From the human T2T-CHM13v2.0 reference genome, Homo sapiens, in assembly GCF_009914755.1 (NCBI RefSeq), contig NC_060946.1: a stretch of 64,000 nucleotides of DNA; one strand, given 5' to 3'. Position 1 is the stretch's first letter; each line of letters begins with the position of its first letter. The notes below the pieces were generated by a model that saw nothing but the letters and a program-made list of their open reading frames with translations, was not told the DNA's origin and searched no databases. Positions 31,341 to 49,017 of the stretch are shown here, piece after piece. Position numbers and translations under genes: made by a program.

Positions 31341-32162
31341 GGCTATAAATTGGAAGCAATTGTTTATAATATTTATATTATTTAATATCTTGTTCTTAAG
31401 GTGGTTCCAGCAGACCCAATATACCATGATATATGCCATAACGGGAGAAATGCAGAGCAAATGTGGAAGAGTATAGGGAATGATTTCTTGAAGTGGTATT
31501 TAAGCTTAGATTTTAGAGATGAGAAAGAATTTTTAAGGTAAGGAGGCAATGCAGAGAGGGTAGAAAGAGGGAACCGCATGTGCAAAGAACCCGCGGCAAG
31601 TGAGAGCCTGACACTGTCAAGGCATCGTCAGTTCAGTGTGGTGGATTTGGTGGAAGATGATGTGAGCTATGAGAGAATTAAACAGGAGCCTTGAAGCCTT
31701 GATACCCAAGATTTTCTCAAATTCCCATTTATCTGGTGTTTTGTTTATTATAATTGCCTCTAGCACAAGAATATAAGCGTTGTGAATGCAAGAAGTTTTG
31801 CCAATTTTGTTAACCATTATATATATATCCTCAGGACCTAGAACAGCTCCCGCGATGCAGCGGGAATTCAGTACATTTTTGTTGATTGAATGAATCAGTT
31901 AATCAATACCCAAATGTGTCCACATTAAACATGTTTTCTATAAAGATTAAAAAAATAATGCAGCTGAGTTAAAAGTCCTAGGAGGTTGCCAGGCTCTCCA
32001 GTGTTCAGCCCTCTAGCCCCAGCCTGTCAACCTGGACAATTCACAGCAGTGCATGGATGGCTATAAGGTTTTCTGTTCTGACAGTGGTACCACCAAGCTT
32101 TCATATGAGGAACTGGAAAAGGCTGCTGGTTGTAGGCTCACCATCATAGTTAAATGCACTGA

Positions 32163-32289
32163 TGAAATCTTCTTTGAATTTCCCAGAGTAATTTAGGGGC
32201 TCCCTCCTCTGAGCTTCCATGGTATCCTGTAAACAGCTCCTTCATTACACACCTTATATCTCCACACACATTATTACACGCATTATATC
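32163..32289 (+). repeat. 88-bp local direct copy of 34875-34962 with iterated 3' end
   Basis: 5 mismatches in 88 bp by hand alignment. Confidence 0.9.
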
Positions 32290-33904
32290 TCCTCCTTTTG
32301 GAGGTGCAAGGAGAGAGCTTGAAAGCTAAGAAGGTAGAAGATAAATTTTCACTATTTCAAGCCACTGCCCTGTGGAATAAGAGAAAGTTCACAGTGGTAA
32401 ATTCTTCCCAGCTTTACCCAACTGGGACGTTTAGAAAGTTACCAAGCCTCACCACCATTTAGCTAGATGGTTGAGGCAAGTCTTCCATTTTACAGATGGG
32501 AAAACTGAGGCTTGGAGAGGCAGAGTGCCTTGCCCAATGTGACACAGCCACTCAAAATGGGGAAGGGATGACATTTAGGACTCCTAACTTGGTGTCCAGT
32601 AATACACAGCACCAGCATCACCTTCTTCTTCATCTTTCCTTTCCTCCCTGCTACAGTTGCTCATTCCTCTCTGTGTGTCACCTTCCCACACAGATCCCAG
32701 TGAGCCTCTGTAATTCTTGTTTACAAGCCTGTCTTCCCATGGTCAAAAATAGGACATAGTAGGTGCTTGGTCTGGTCACTCATATATCACAGTGGTTAAG
32801 AATACAGGAATCAGAGAGAAAGTACATTTAAATCCCAACTCCAATGTAATGAAGCATTGGGAAAAGTATGTGACCTCTCCATGCCTCAACATCATCATTG
32901 GTAAAATCATGCACATTGAAGTCCTATACAAAGTAAGTGTTCAATAATTGTTAGCTGTTATTACTGTTAATAATAAATATTTGTTGAACATCATTTTCAG
33001 GCTAACATACAAATTCCCAAAAGACATAGCCATTTAGCAATCCTGACTGGCTAGCCCAGAGTCCCATCTGGACCTATGTTAAAATAAAGTTGGAAGAAAA
33101 AATAAATTACTGGACTCTGTGTGCTAGCATGTGGGGGCAGAGATAATTCATCTTTCTGCAAATGAAAATTAATCATCTTGGCTTTGCTCAGCAGGCAGGC
33201 AGCAAGAATGCCAGTTGCTCCCTTCCCTGCCACTGGCGGGATTGTTCAGGAAATGAAGAAAGAAGATGGGATTGTTACAGGAGGCAGCCTCACAAACTAC
33301 ATCCTCCACATCAGATATGGGCATTATCAGCTTCCTCTTGGTCCTTTCTATTACCACTTACTTAGCCACCCATGGTGACAGGCTCCCAGCATAGCAGCCT
33401 CGTGCTTATAGCATTATTATTCTTTAATCTGGTTTCAATACATTTCAACAATACACGCTTTTATCTAGGACTGCTAAAAAAAAAAAAACAAAACACCTAT
33501 CTGCTCAACAATTGGAATAGAGTCTAAGGCATTAGATGCATATGCTAAAAATGTCTGCTTGTGAGATAAACACACATTGTGTGTGTCTTCTTTTGTACCT
33601 CAGAGAACATTTTCTGAATAGGTGGTGGTCCATTTCCTGAGTCTCCTTCTCAAAATTATTAACAGAAAATTACAATCCTTCTTCATATATAGGCAAAGCT
33701 CTTTACTTTTGGTCCCAAGCATTTTGTGATGTGCCTTCTACAAAGATACTAGTGATAGTTACGTGACACGGGTGAGGTTCGTGTCTATTTTTCACATAAG
33801 ACAAAATTGAAACCCAGAGCCTTTATAGGGCTGGGCTAAAGTCGTGTCTACAACTAGGGACAGATTTTTCTATCTTCCAGACCCACAATTCTTCTACAGC
33901 AATA

Positions 33905-34372
33905 TGGTAGATGCCTGTTCATCTACCCAACACCCATTTTCCCTTTCTTGTCACTAAAAAAGAACACCAATGTGCCCAGCTAAAAATACTCACCTTTCCA
34001 TATTTTTCTGCAGCCAACTGTAGCCATGTGGCTGTGTGTTGGTGATGTGAAGTGTTTGAGAAACAATCTTAAAGGATACAGACTCAGCATGCCCTTTAGC
34101 CTTGTAGCCCTTTTTTTTTTCTTTTTTTTATCATTTGGGCCTCTAATGTAAACATAGGAGTCTGGAAGTGCAGCAGCTATCTTGGGACCATGAGGTGACA
34201 TTGGGGCCAAATGCTAAGGATGGAAGACAGAAATGATGGAAAGAGTCTACTATCCTATGGCATGGTGGAGCCACTACACCAAGATGAAATGGCCTATTCC
34301 TGCCTGCTTCTGACCACATTAATCTGTTGTTTCTTGGGTGAGTTGTTGACAAACATGAGTCCTAATTGATAC
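33905..34372 (+). mobile_element. Old MLT1 (J/K-like) LTR
   Basis: gcagcagctatcttgggaccatgaggtgac and terminal cctaattgatac motifs. Confidence 0.55.
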
Positions 34373-34418
34373 TGAACACAGTGTTTCTCTTTTAACTGTA
34401 ATGTCCTTTATTTCCTTG

Positions 34419-34810
34419 TGATATACTTTGGATCTGTGTCTCCACCCAAATCTCATGTTGAATTGAAGGTGGGGCATAGTGAGAGGTGACTGGATCTTGG
34501 GGGTGGATTTTTTTTCATGAATGGTTTAGTGCCATCCCCTTGTTGCTGTCCTCGCTGTAGTGACTTCTCATGAGATCTGGCTCTTTACAGCTGTGTAGCA
34601 CCTTGGATTCTTTATTACTTCTGCTCCCATGATAGGAAATGCCTGCTCCCCCTTGACCTTCTGACATGACTAGAAGCTTCCTGAGGGCTCCCTGGAAGCA
34701 GATGCTGGGTTTATGTTTCCGTACAGCCTGTAGAACTGTAAGCCAATTAACCTCTTTTCTTGTAAATTACCCAGTCTCAGATATTTCTTATAGCAGTGCA
34801 AGAATAACAC
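34419..34810 (+). mobile_element. MST-type MaLR solo LTR
   Basis: tgatatactttggatctgtgtctccacccaaatctcatgttgaattg...aattacccagtctcagatatttcttatagcagtg. Confidence 0.85.
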
Positions 34811-34829
34811 GTTCTGTCAATCAAGTAAA

Positions 34830-35085
34830 CTCCTGTTCTTCTATTAAACCTCTGCTCAAGTGCTCCCATATCTGTGAAATCTTCTTTGAACTTCCCAGAG
34901 TAACTTAGGGGCTCCCTCCTCTGAGCTTCTGTGGCATCCTGTAAACAGCTCCTTCATTACACCCATTGTATCAGGTAGCTGAGCATTTGTATGTCTGTTC
35001 TCTCCCCACAAACACCTTCAAGGACAAGGACTACAACTTATAGTCCCAGACCTGTCACTTAGTAGGCACTCAATAACATTTTATG
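34830..35085 (+). mobile_element. L2 3' fragment
   Basis: Ends tagtaggcactcaataacattt, a typical L2 3' terminus. Confidence 0.6.
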
Positions 35086-36554
35086 TAATTAATTGCTTCA
35101 CCTACGTGGCCTCACCCACATTAATCCATTTTTTGTTATCTTTTTGGAAATCTGTTGGCCCAATTTTTAAATATTGATGTTTTTCAGTTACATACTCAGA
35201 ACTTTTGTAGTTTTCTTCCAAGAATGACCTCATTCAGTCTAATAATTCATCATGCTATGAAGATGCTGATGCCCAGCCCAGATTCCTACTTAGGAATTTC
35301 CAGCCCAGGTCCCCTCTGGAGCACCATTATCATATAGCTCACATTGGTGTGGTCTACTGGTTACCAGCACTGTTTGGGGGCCCATCTGTCAGAATCCAAG
35401 TCTTAGCTTTTCCACTTATTAAATATGTGACTTTGAAGTGGTTATTTAAACTCTCTGTGTCTGTTTTTTTCTCTATCAATGAGGAAAACAATAATACTTA
35501 GGTAGAATTTTTGTGAGGGTTAAAGGCCTCACCACACATGTAAACTACTTAGAACCATCCAGGTTCATGGTAACTGTTGGTTATGATTTTTCTCATTAGA
35601 CCAGCATACCTGGGTGCCCTATATACACTTCCCCTCAGTATGTTCATTCTCAGCTCACCTCTTTCTTCTAAACTCAGGAGGCTGCTCACCTTCCTGTATT
35701 CTCTCTCTCAGTTAATGCCATCATCTCTCTAGTCTCCCTGGCCAGAAACCTAAATTAGACATTGCCTTCTTCTTAACCCTTGCTTCTTAAGTTGAAAAAG
35801 ATTTGTCAAATGGTCAAACATATTTGAATATTTTTGAGTTCATCTTCACATCATAGAACTGGTCAGACACAAAGTATCTTGAATGAATTGTTGGGATAGT
35901 CTCCAACTTGTACCCCTGCTGTGTTTTTATACCATGAATTACTTCCACCATATTTTGGCCACAATCAGCTTTCCCTTGTGCAAATAGGATCATGCCTCTT
36001 CCTTATTAAAATCCCTCAGTAGCTCCCCATAATCTCCAGGATCATGATTTCAGCCACTAGTCAAGGAGCATTTCTTCTCTGACTGTTCCCTGCTCATCTG
36101 TGCAGCTTCACACTCTGCTGGTCTCTCCAACATGACCGTACCATGGCTACCTTGAATTGTCTCTTCCTCAGATCCACCTTGTTAATTCATGCCTTCATGC
36201 CTTTGATTATGTTTTTCTTCCCTTCTGCTATGCCCTTTTCCGAACCTGCTTCCCCTGCCCAGTCTAGAGGATTGATTTTCTGCTCATTCTTCAAGTTTTA
36301 GTTTACCTGTCACCATGCTTCTGTATTCCTCCAAGATTTCTCAGACAGATGAGGGGCTCCTTGACTCCATGTTCAGATGGACCTGTCAAATTTAAACCTC
36401 ACAGGATGGTAACTGCTTTTCGGCATGACTCTTTTCTTTAGATTATAAACTTCTCATAGACCAAAACAAGGCCATTTTTGTTCATCTTTATGGCTGCAGT
36501 GCATAGCCCAGTGCCTGAAATAGTTGACACTTTATAAATAATTGTGGAATAAGT

Positions 36555-39248
36555 CAGGGGTCCTCAAGCCCCAGGGAACCAGGCTGCGCATCATGAGGTG
36601 AGCAATAGGCAAGCAAGCACAGCTTCATCTGTATTTACAGCCACTCCCCACTGCTTGCATTACCACCTGAGCTCTACTTCCTGTCAGATCAGCTGCAGCA
36701 TCAGATTCTCATATGAGTGTGAACCTTATTGTGAACTGCACGTGCAAGAGATCTAGGTTGTGTGCCCCTTATGAGAATCTAATGCCTGATGATCTGAGGA
36801 GGAGCTGAGGCAGTGTTGCTAACCCTGGGGAGTAGTTGCAAATACAGATTAACATTAGCAGAGAGTCTTGACTGCACACAGACCATAATAAATCAATTGC
36901 TTGTAGACTCATATCAAAACCTTATCCATGACTGGCAAGTGACAAGTTGCATCTGGTGGCAGGCTTTAAGTCAGAATCTGACACTTACTTTAGTCTGCGT
37001 ATGGCCTGCCCGTTATTTTACCATTTCCATCGGCACCTCTTTCCCACAGTGCACACTTGTCTCAGTCAGTTTTCGTAAGCACACAAGCTAATCCTAGCCA
37101 AAATGAGTAAAAAACAAATGTCACTGGAAAGCTTCTTGGAAAAGGGGGAAAGACCCAATGATGAAACAGCTAGAAGACTCTCTTAAGACTGCCAACAAAA
37201 AGACGGCTGCATTTGAAAGAAAATGCCAAGAGTCCTACTTAAATTATAGCATCATTGCAACAGGAGGATCATATTCTTCAAGCCTGCTTTGTATAATATT
37301 TGGTGACCAACTATCCAGCAGAGCCATGAGACCTTCAAAACTGCTTCGCCACATGGAGACCAAGCACCCTGCATTAAAAGACAAGTCTTTGGAGTTTTTC
37401 CAAAAGCAAAACATGTGAACACAAAGAATGAAAGCAATTATTGAAGGCTACCACTTCATCAAATGTGTCTGCACTGAGAGGGTCATTCTTAGTAGCTAAC
37501 TGCATTACTAAAGCCAAGAAGCCCTTTACTGTTGGTGAAGACTTGATCCTGCCTGCTGCTAAGGATACTTGTCATGAATTTGTTTGGAGAAGCTGCAGTT
37601 CAGAAGGTGGAATGTGTTTCTCTTTCAGCTAGCACCATAACTAGAAGAATTGGTGAAATAGCAGAGGATATTGAGGCACAATTGTTAGAGAGGTTTAATG
37701 AGTCACCATGGTATGCAATCCGGGTTGATGAGTCTACCAGTGTTGACAATAAGGCAACAATGCTTGTTTTTGTGCAATATATTTTTCAGGAGGATGTACA
37801 TGAGAATAAGTTATGTGTACTTTTGTTGCCACTGAACACCACAGCTGCAGAACTATTCAAGTCTTAGAATGATTACATATCAGGAAAACTGAACTGGTCA
37901 TTTTGTGTTGGTATATGCATGGACAGAGTGGCTGCCATGACTGGATGGCTTTCTGGTTTCACTACTCAGGTCAAAGAGGTTGCTTCTGAATGTGAGTCTA
38001 TGCACTGTGTCATCCATAGAGAAATGCTGCCTAGCCGAAAAATGTCACCTGAACTTAACGTTTTGCAGGATGTGATTAAAATTATCAATCACATTAAAGT
38101 ATATGCACTTAACTCATGTCTGTGTAGCTCTGTGATGAGATGAACATAGAGCACACACGTCTTCTCTTATACACAGAAACGAGGTGGTTTTCTTTCTTTT
38201 CTTTTTTTTAGACAGAGTTTTGCTCTTGTTGCCCAGGCTGGAGTGCAATGAAGCGATCTCGGGTGGGTCACTGCAACCTCCCCCTCCCGGGTTCAAGCAA
38301 TTCTTCTGCCTCAGCCTCCCGAGTAGCTGGGATTACAGGCATGTGCCACCACGCCTGGCTAATTTTGCATTTTTATTAGAGATGGGTTTTCTCCATGTTG
38401 GTCAGGCTGATCTCAAACTCCCGACCTCAGGTGATCCGCCCACCTCAGCCTCCCAAAGTGCTAGGTTACAGGCGTGAGCCACCACGCCAGGCCATGAGAT
38501 GGTTTTCTAAAGCTAGATCACTGGCCAGAGTTTTTGAGTTACCAGAGCCACTCCAGAGATTTGTTTTAGAAAAACAGTCATCATTGGCAGCACATTTCAG
38601 TGACACAGAATGGGTTGCAAAACTTGCTTACTAGTGTGACATATTCAACCTGCTCAGCGAACTCAATCTGTCACTTTCAGCGGAGAACGACAACTGTGTT
38701 CAAGTTGGCAGATAAAGTGGCTGCATTCAAAGCCAAACTGAAATTATGGGGGCAACCAGTGAACAATGGGATTTCTGACATGTTTCAAATATCAGCAGAG
38801 ATTTTGAAAAAGACTGAGCCAGGGCTTTCTTTCTCCCAGCTGGTGCATGATCACCTATCTCAGTTTTCAAAAGAGTTTGAGTATTACTTCCCAACCACAA
38901 AAGACCCCGAACTGAGAAGGAAGGGGATCCTTCCTTCTTAGGAGGATTCCTTCTTCTCAGACTGGACATAGGCAACACGCTTTGGGTGTCACTGTCTCCC
39001 ATCACCCCCAGATGGGACCATCTAGTTGCAGGAAAACAAGCTCAGGGCTCCCACTGATTTTACAGTATGGTGAGTTGTATAATTATTTTATTACATATTA
39101 AGATGGAATAATAATAGAAATAAAGTGGACAATAAATGTAATGCACTTGAATCATCCCAAAACCATCCCCACCCCATCCCCCCTGGTCCATGGAAAAATT
39201 GTCTTCCATGAAAACTGTCTCTGATGCCAAAAAGGTTGGGGACTGCTG
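36555..39248 (+). mobile_element. Near-full-length Charlie3/MER1 hAT DNA transposon with decayed transposase
   Basis: TIRs caggggtcctcaag / ggttggggactgctg; 8-bp TSD gaataagt / gaataaat; transposase fragments (SKLLRHMETKH, KPFTVGEDLILPAA, VDESTSV, HCVIHRE) from ATG 37103 to TGA 39055-57, with frameshifts, an Alu insertion and a C-terminal deletion. Confidence 0.9.
38194..38493 (-). mobile_element. AluSp-like inserted in the transposase
   Basis: TSD acgaggtggttttct / atgagatggttttct. Confidence 0.92.
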
Positions 39249-39949
39249 GAATAAATAACTATCTATTATAAATGGCACTGTTTGTTTCACAGATCATCCA
39301 AGCTGGAAAGGATTTTAGTTACTTCTCATTCTGCTCCTTTCACTTCACAGAGAAAGACCTGTGGTTCAGAGAAGAAGGGTGACTTGCCTTAGGTCACACA
39401 GTAGGTTAGTAACAAAGAGGAGAAGAAAGCCAGGCTTCCTGATCCCTAACCATAAGTCCTTTCTCCTATGTTTCTATTTTACATGGATGATATTTTGGTA
39501 AGGATATTGGTGTAGTTGCGTATACCAGAAACACAAAATAACAGAAGATTAGATGAGATAGTTAATTTTCCCTCCATGACAGTCTGCCAGTAGCAATTCC
39601 AAGGCTAGTATAATTCCCAAGGTAAAAGAGACCCAGGCTCTTTTTGTCTGTGGGTTCATCCTCCCTCAGGTGTTGTTCTCAGCCTCAGGGTCCAAGGTTA
39701 CTCACCTTGGATGCTGCTTAACTTACTCACAAGGTTGCTTATCTGTGTTCCAGTCAGCAGGGAATGGGTAAAAGAAGAGGGGGGATATATACTCTTTCCC
39801 TTAAGGGCATGACCAGAAATTGCATACAACACCTCTCCTTACATGCTATTGACCAGAACCTAGTTATGTGGTGACACTTAGGTTCAAGGGAGACTGGAAA
39901 AACATCAACTCTAGGGGACTGCCTGTGTAGTTAAACATTAAAAACTGTT

Positions 39950-40227
39950 GGCCTGGTAAGTGGCTTGCACCTGTAATCCCAGCACCTTGGGAGGCCAAGA
40001 TGGGAGAATTCCTTGTAGCCAAGAGTTCAAGACCAGCCTGGACAACATAGTGAGATTCCATCTCTAAACTTTTTAAAAATTGGCTGGGCATGGTAGTGTG
40101 TATCTGTAGTACCAGCTACTTAGGAGGCTAAGACAGAAGGATCTCTTGAGCCCAGGAGTTCGAAGCTGCAGTGAGCTTCATGCCACTGCACTCCAGCTCT
40201 GGGCAACAAAGTGACACCTGTCTCAAA
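39950..40227 (+). mobile_element. AluJ
   Basis: Diverged dimer. Confidence 0.88.
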
Positions 40228-40379
40228 TGTCTCGAAGAAAACCCTTTGATTTGATACTAAAAATGAGTTTATTAAAAAGGTAGAGTTAATTCATTGTTCC
40301 TGTTTCAAAGATGTAAATAAAACTGAGGCCCTGGGAATGGTTAAGAATACTGGCTTTGATGTCAACAGATTTAAGTTTG

Positions 40380-42936
<2,557 letters not shown>

Positions 42937-44214
42937 ATTTAAGTTTGAATCCTCGCTCTGCCATTTACTGATTACTGGATTTGGGGCAAACTGTGCAGCC
43001 TTTCCACATTTCAGTTTTCATAAGTGACATCTTCTTTCCTCATATAATTGTTGTGAGGTCTAGTTACTGGAAAATAACCTGACACAGGTGCCTGGTACGG
43101 AGTAATCACTGCTATTTTTACAGGATGTGCTCAAGGCGTTATTTGAGAGCAGAATGCTCTGTCTGATCCAGCCCAACACTGTATCCTCACACCCAGCACA
43201 GTCTCTGATGCAGAGTAAGACCTGAGTAAATATTTGTTGGAAAAATAAATTAAGTTAATGAGTCAGAACTAGAATGCAAATGGCTTACACTTTATGCCCC
43301 ATGCTGTTTCTATGCTGCTAGAATGCCAGTTCTGTTTATGCTCTTGATGATCCCTTCTCTCTGAATATGAGCCTCAGAATCCACATTGAATCTGCGCAGA
43401 TCCAAGGGCGATGCCTCAAAACCAGGTTCCAGCCGGCAGCACCCAGAGCTGGAGCAAGTGCAAGCCCTATAGTGGCAGATTCAATGCTTTTCACCTGGAC
43501 TCTGATGAGGCAGAGCCTTGGAGAAATCACCTCTGTCACATTTCCCAGAGCTGTGTGCCCCAACTTATCTCCCCAAATCAGCAAACGACACAGCAAACCC
43601 AAGACTGAATCCAGCTGGCTGCCCACCCAAACACACTTGCACTTTCTCTTCCAAATGAGGAGCCTTCTTTATGCCTCCTTCATTAAGATCTTGTCCCCTT
43701 GACCCATCTTAGTTTTCTAATTTGTGCCATTCCTAGAATGTGCACCAGGCAGCATCCAATTACAGCCAATCCTTGCTTCCAAAATAAATCAGCAGCTGGC
43801 AACTGATCATAAAATTAGAATTCTTGCTCAGGAATAGGGATGGGTGAAGGAACAGCAAGATCTCAGGAGGAAATGAGGATATGTGTTAAAAAAAAAAAAG
43901 TGCATTTGGCCTCAGAAGTCCTGCATTGAACTTCCACCCCAACTTTCAGAGCTTGTGATCTGGGTAAGTCACTTAAACTCCCAGAGCTCCTTAGGTACCA
44001 TCTGCATAATGAGGATATTATCACATACCATATCACTCTTCTCACAGAGATCTTGTGGGATAAAGGAGCCAATTCCTTTTAATCTGTTAAATTCAGAAAA
44101 ATAAAGGGCTTATCATCCCTGGAGAAGTAGGGATTTGGAAATACTGCATGTGGTGTCTTATTACTAGCTATACAGTAAGCTATATAGTAAGAAGACGACA
44201 CACTACATGGAGAT

Positions 44215-44218
44215 ATAT

Positions 44219-44284
<66 letters not shown>

Positions 44285-44285
44285 T
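44215..44285. repeat. (TA)n(CA)n(TA)n microsatellite
   Basis: Directly visible. Confidence 0.95.
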
Positions 44286-45198
44286 TATTTATAATCCAGT
44301 TCTACTTCCATGATTCTAAGCATGACCAATACGTCAGCAAGGGGCACTCTGCTCTTTAAGTCTGAAAGATTGACTTTTGTTCCTATCCTGCACTCTGAAT
44401 TTCCTATAAAATAATATGTTTAACATGATTAAGGAAATAGGAAGGAATAGAAAGTATAAGTGAGGAAGAAGAGATGAACAGAAATGACTAGGTATATTTG
44501 CAAGAGAACCAGGTTTTGAAGAAACCCAAAGAATGTAATACACTCGTGTGCCACAAAACAACATTTCAGTTGATGACAGACTGCATGTACAACAGTGGGC
44601 CCGTAACATTATAATGGCACTGAAAACTTCCTATTGCCTAGCTACGTCATGGCACAATGCATCATTCACATTTTTGTGGGGATGCACATATAAACAAGCC
44701 TACAGCACTGCCAGTTGTATAAGAGCATAGCACATAGGATTATGTACAGTATATAATATTTGATGATAACAAATGGTTATCTTACTGGTTTATGTATTTA
44801 CTATTTTTATCACTATTTTACAGTGTACTCATTCTAATTACAAAATAAATAAGTTAACTGTAAAACAGCCTCAGGTAGGTCCTTCAGGGGGTATTCCAGA
44901 AGAAGGCACTGTTATCACAGGAGATGACAGCTCCATGCATGTTATCGCCTCTGAAGCCCTTCCAGTGGGACAAGATGTGGAGGTGGAAGACAGTGATATT
45001 GATGAGCCTGACCCTGTGGAGGCCTAGACTAATGTGTGTGTTTCTGTTTTAGTCTTTAACAAAAAAGTTTAGAAAGTTAAAAAATAGAAAAAAAAGCTTA
45101 TATAATAAGGATTTAAAGAAAGGATATTTTTGTACACCTGCACAATATGTGTTTTTAGCTGTGTTAAAACAAAAGAGTCAAAAGTTTAAAAAATTTGA

Positions 45199-45551
<353 letters not shown>

Positions 45552-45764
45552 TAATTTATTACTGAATAAGAAGCAGTTTTAAATAAATTTCGTGTAACCT
45601 AAATACACAATGTTTATAAAGTCTAAAATAGTGTACAGTAATGTCCTAGATCTTCATATCTGCTCACCACTCCCTCACTGACTCACCCAGAGCAATTTCC
45701 AGTCCTGCAAGCTCCACTCATGGTAAGTGACCTATATAAACGTACCATTTTAAAAATGGTTTAT

Positions 45765-46111
<347 letters not shown>

Positions 46112-46576
46112 TTACAACTGCCTACAGTATTCAGTACAGTCACATGTCATACAAGTTTGTAGCCTAGAAGAAACAGGTCATACCATATAGCATATACCAG
46201 CTAGATGTGTGTAAGTACACTCCATGATGATCACACAATAACAAAATTGCCTAACAATGCATTTCTCAGAATAAATCCCCATCATTAAGCAACACATTGA
46301 CTGCATTAAAAGTAAAAAAACTTCAATAGGCAGATTAGACAGATAAATAGATATGCTAAAAAAAGTAAAAAAAACAGGGACTTTAAAAATCATAAGATAA
46401 ATCTGAGGAAATAAAATAGAATGTAGCACAGAGATAAATCAACACAAATCATAGAGGAAATGTGAAGAAGCATAGAGGACAGAGAGGCATTTAATTGTAT
46501 GTTAACTGGAGTGTTATCGGAGGACCTAATTGAGAGACTGGGGAGAGGATAATTTAAGGGTTAAAAAACAAGTTAG

Positions 46577-46873
46577 GGCTGGGCAAGGTGGCTCATGCCT
46601 GTAATCCCAGCCCTCTGGGAGGCCGAAGCAAGAGGATTGGGTGAGCTCAGAAGTTTGAGACCAGCCTGGGCAACATGATAAAATCCTGTCTACAAAAAAT
46701 GCAAAAATTAGCTGGGCATGGTGGCACACGCTTATAGTCCCAGCTACTTGGGAGGCTGAGGCATGAGGATGACTTGAGGCCAGGAGGTGGAGGTTGCAGT
46801 GAGCCCAAGATTGAGCCACTGGGCTCCAGCCTGCCTGGCAGAGTAACCTGTCTCAGGAAAAAAAAAAAAAAAA
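46577..46873 (+). mobile_element. AluJ
   Basis: Diverged dimer with A-tail. Confidence 0.88.
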
Positions 46874-48610
46874 AGATAGAAATAAAGTGATAACAAAGGC
46901 ATACAAACAAGGAAGGAGGTCATCAGACGACTTAAGGTGTTCTAAGGTCCTTACGATTTTCAGGAGGAGAGTAAAGATTTTGATTAACTTTAGACTTATT
47001 AAGGATGCATATTAAAATGTCAAGGATAATTCTTACATAAAAGGAATAATGTAAATAACCTCCAAACTAAAAGGGAAAATAGTATGGAGGGAAAATGGTG
47101 CTGCAACCATTTCTATAACCTGGTCTTCTGCCTTCTACTGTGATGCATAGCTTCCTCTACCCATCTTTTTTCTGCTTCTCTCCCTAGACTCAGTATAGAG
47201 TCTCCCTTCACATATGAGGTGTTTCCACCTGTAACTAACAAGCGTAGGTTCTGATTTCAGTCTCACAGCAAGAAGACTGTGCGTCTTCTGTTGTGGGTGG
47301 GCAGTCCATGGCTGGAGTGTTGGTTCCTGGGTGCCATAAAGTGTTCAGATTTCCATCATCTTTCTACTTTATCTATTAGCATTTTGCTTTGTTGTCTCAT
47401 GATTGTAAGATTCCTGCTGAAATTTCAGACACCACATCATGGTCAAGACAGAAAGGATAGAAACACTGGGGTAATTACAGCATTTATCTTTTTTTAAAAT
47501 TTTTTAAATTATTTTATTTTATTTTTTTGCCAGAAAGGCCAAAACATTCCTAGAAATTCCAGGAGAATTCAGCTACTGTCTCATTGGCTAGAACCAATTG
47601 TCTTCCAAAGCTGGTTTGTACCGCTTCAGAGAGTTGATTGTTACACTTTTAGGGATTTTATGTGCCAGTTGTTAAACCATTGGTTCCTTGAAATCAACCA
47701 TAGTAGAAGTATTTGCATAATGCAAATTGGAAAATCCTACATAGCATATCAAAATTCCTGTTGTTTTTGAGAACTATGTCATATCTCAATCCTGGCTGCA
47801 TGGGAGGCTAGGAATATGAATTATTCACTGAGCACATTGCCTGCCTTAGCACATAAAGGGCTCTGTTTGCAAGGAAAAAGTCAATGGGTATTTGAAAGGG
47901 AATGATTAAGTTTTGCTATCAAAGGCTCTGTAAAAGATTTTTAAGTTATATTTTGTTAGGGCCTGCCTAGTCGGGATCTCTTCAATGCATGCAGTTTCAT
48001 TTTCCCGGTTACCTAAGTCATAAAACTGAAGGAAAAAAAAAATCACACTTCAGTGCATTGAAGCCCTGGGCTGGGCAGGCGGTTAGACATGCAGGATGGC
48101 AATGCACCATCTTTCTGCTGCCTTACTGAAACATGGCTCGATGATACAGTCAAAGCAAGGGAAAGATCTAAGGTTTTTTAAACAGTAGTTTTATTCAAGA
48201 TTTTTTTTCACCAGGCTTCCGATCCTAGAACTAACTCAAAGGGAAACTGTCAAACAACCACCCTTATTTTCCCAGTGTACCCATAAAATTTTCAAAAAAC
48301 TGATAGCAGGATGGCCAACTAAATTTCTGATCTGATAAAGCCAATCTAAACACCTTTTCCTACCTGAGGAGCCTGCAAGTGCAAACTCTTATCTGGTGAT
48401 GGGCCTCTTTGCAAAAGTGAATTCATCTCACTTATGCCAATGAAAGCATAAAGAGTCTGGGAGATTGAATGCCAATGAGTGTTTTGACTTAATGCTTATA
48501 GATAAAATCACCTGCAAGCATAATAGACTAATTAAGAGGTGGATAGATAGCCCTGAGAAGACAAGCCAGGACAAAAGGATGACTGACCTGCTTAATCCAT
48601 CTCCACTTGA

Positions 48611-49017
<407 letters not shown>

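Noticed and set aside
37103-39057. Domesticated ZBED5/SCAND3-like gene
   Set aside because: Many frameshifts and stops, an Alu insertion, and intact TIRs with TSD indicate a dead transposon copy.
44773-45027. Acidic-tailed 84-aa ORF
   Set aside because: Lies within Tigger3b and is probably a remnant of the transposase C-terminus.
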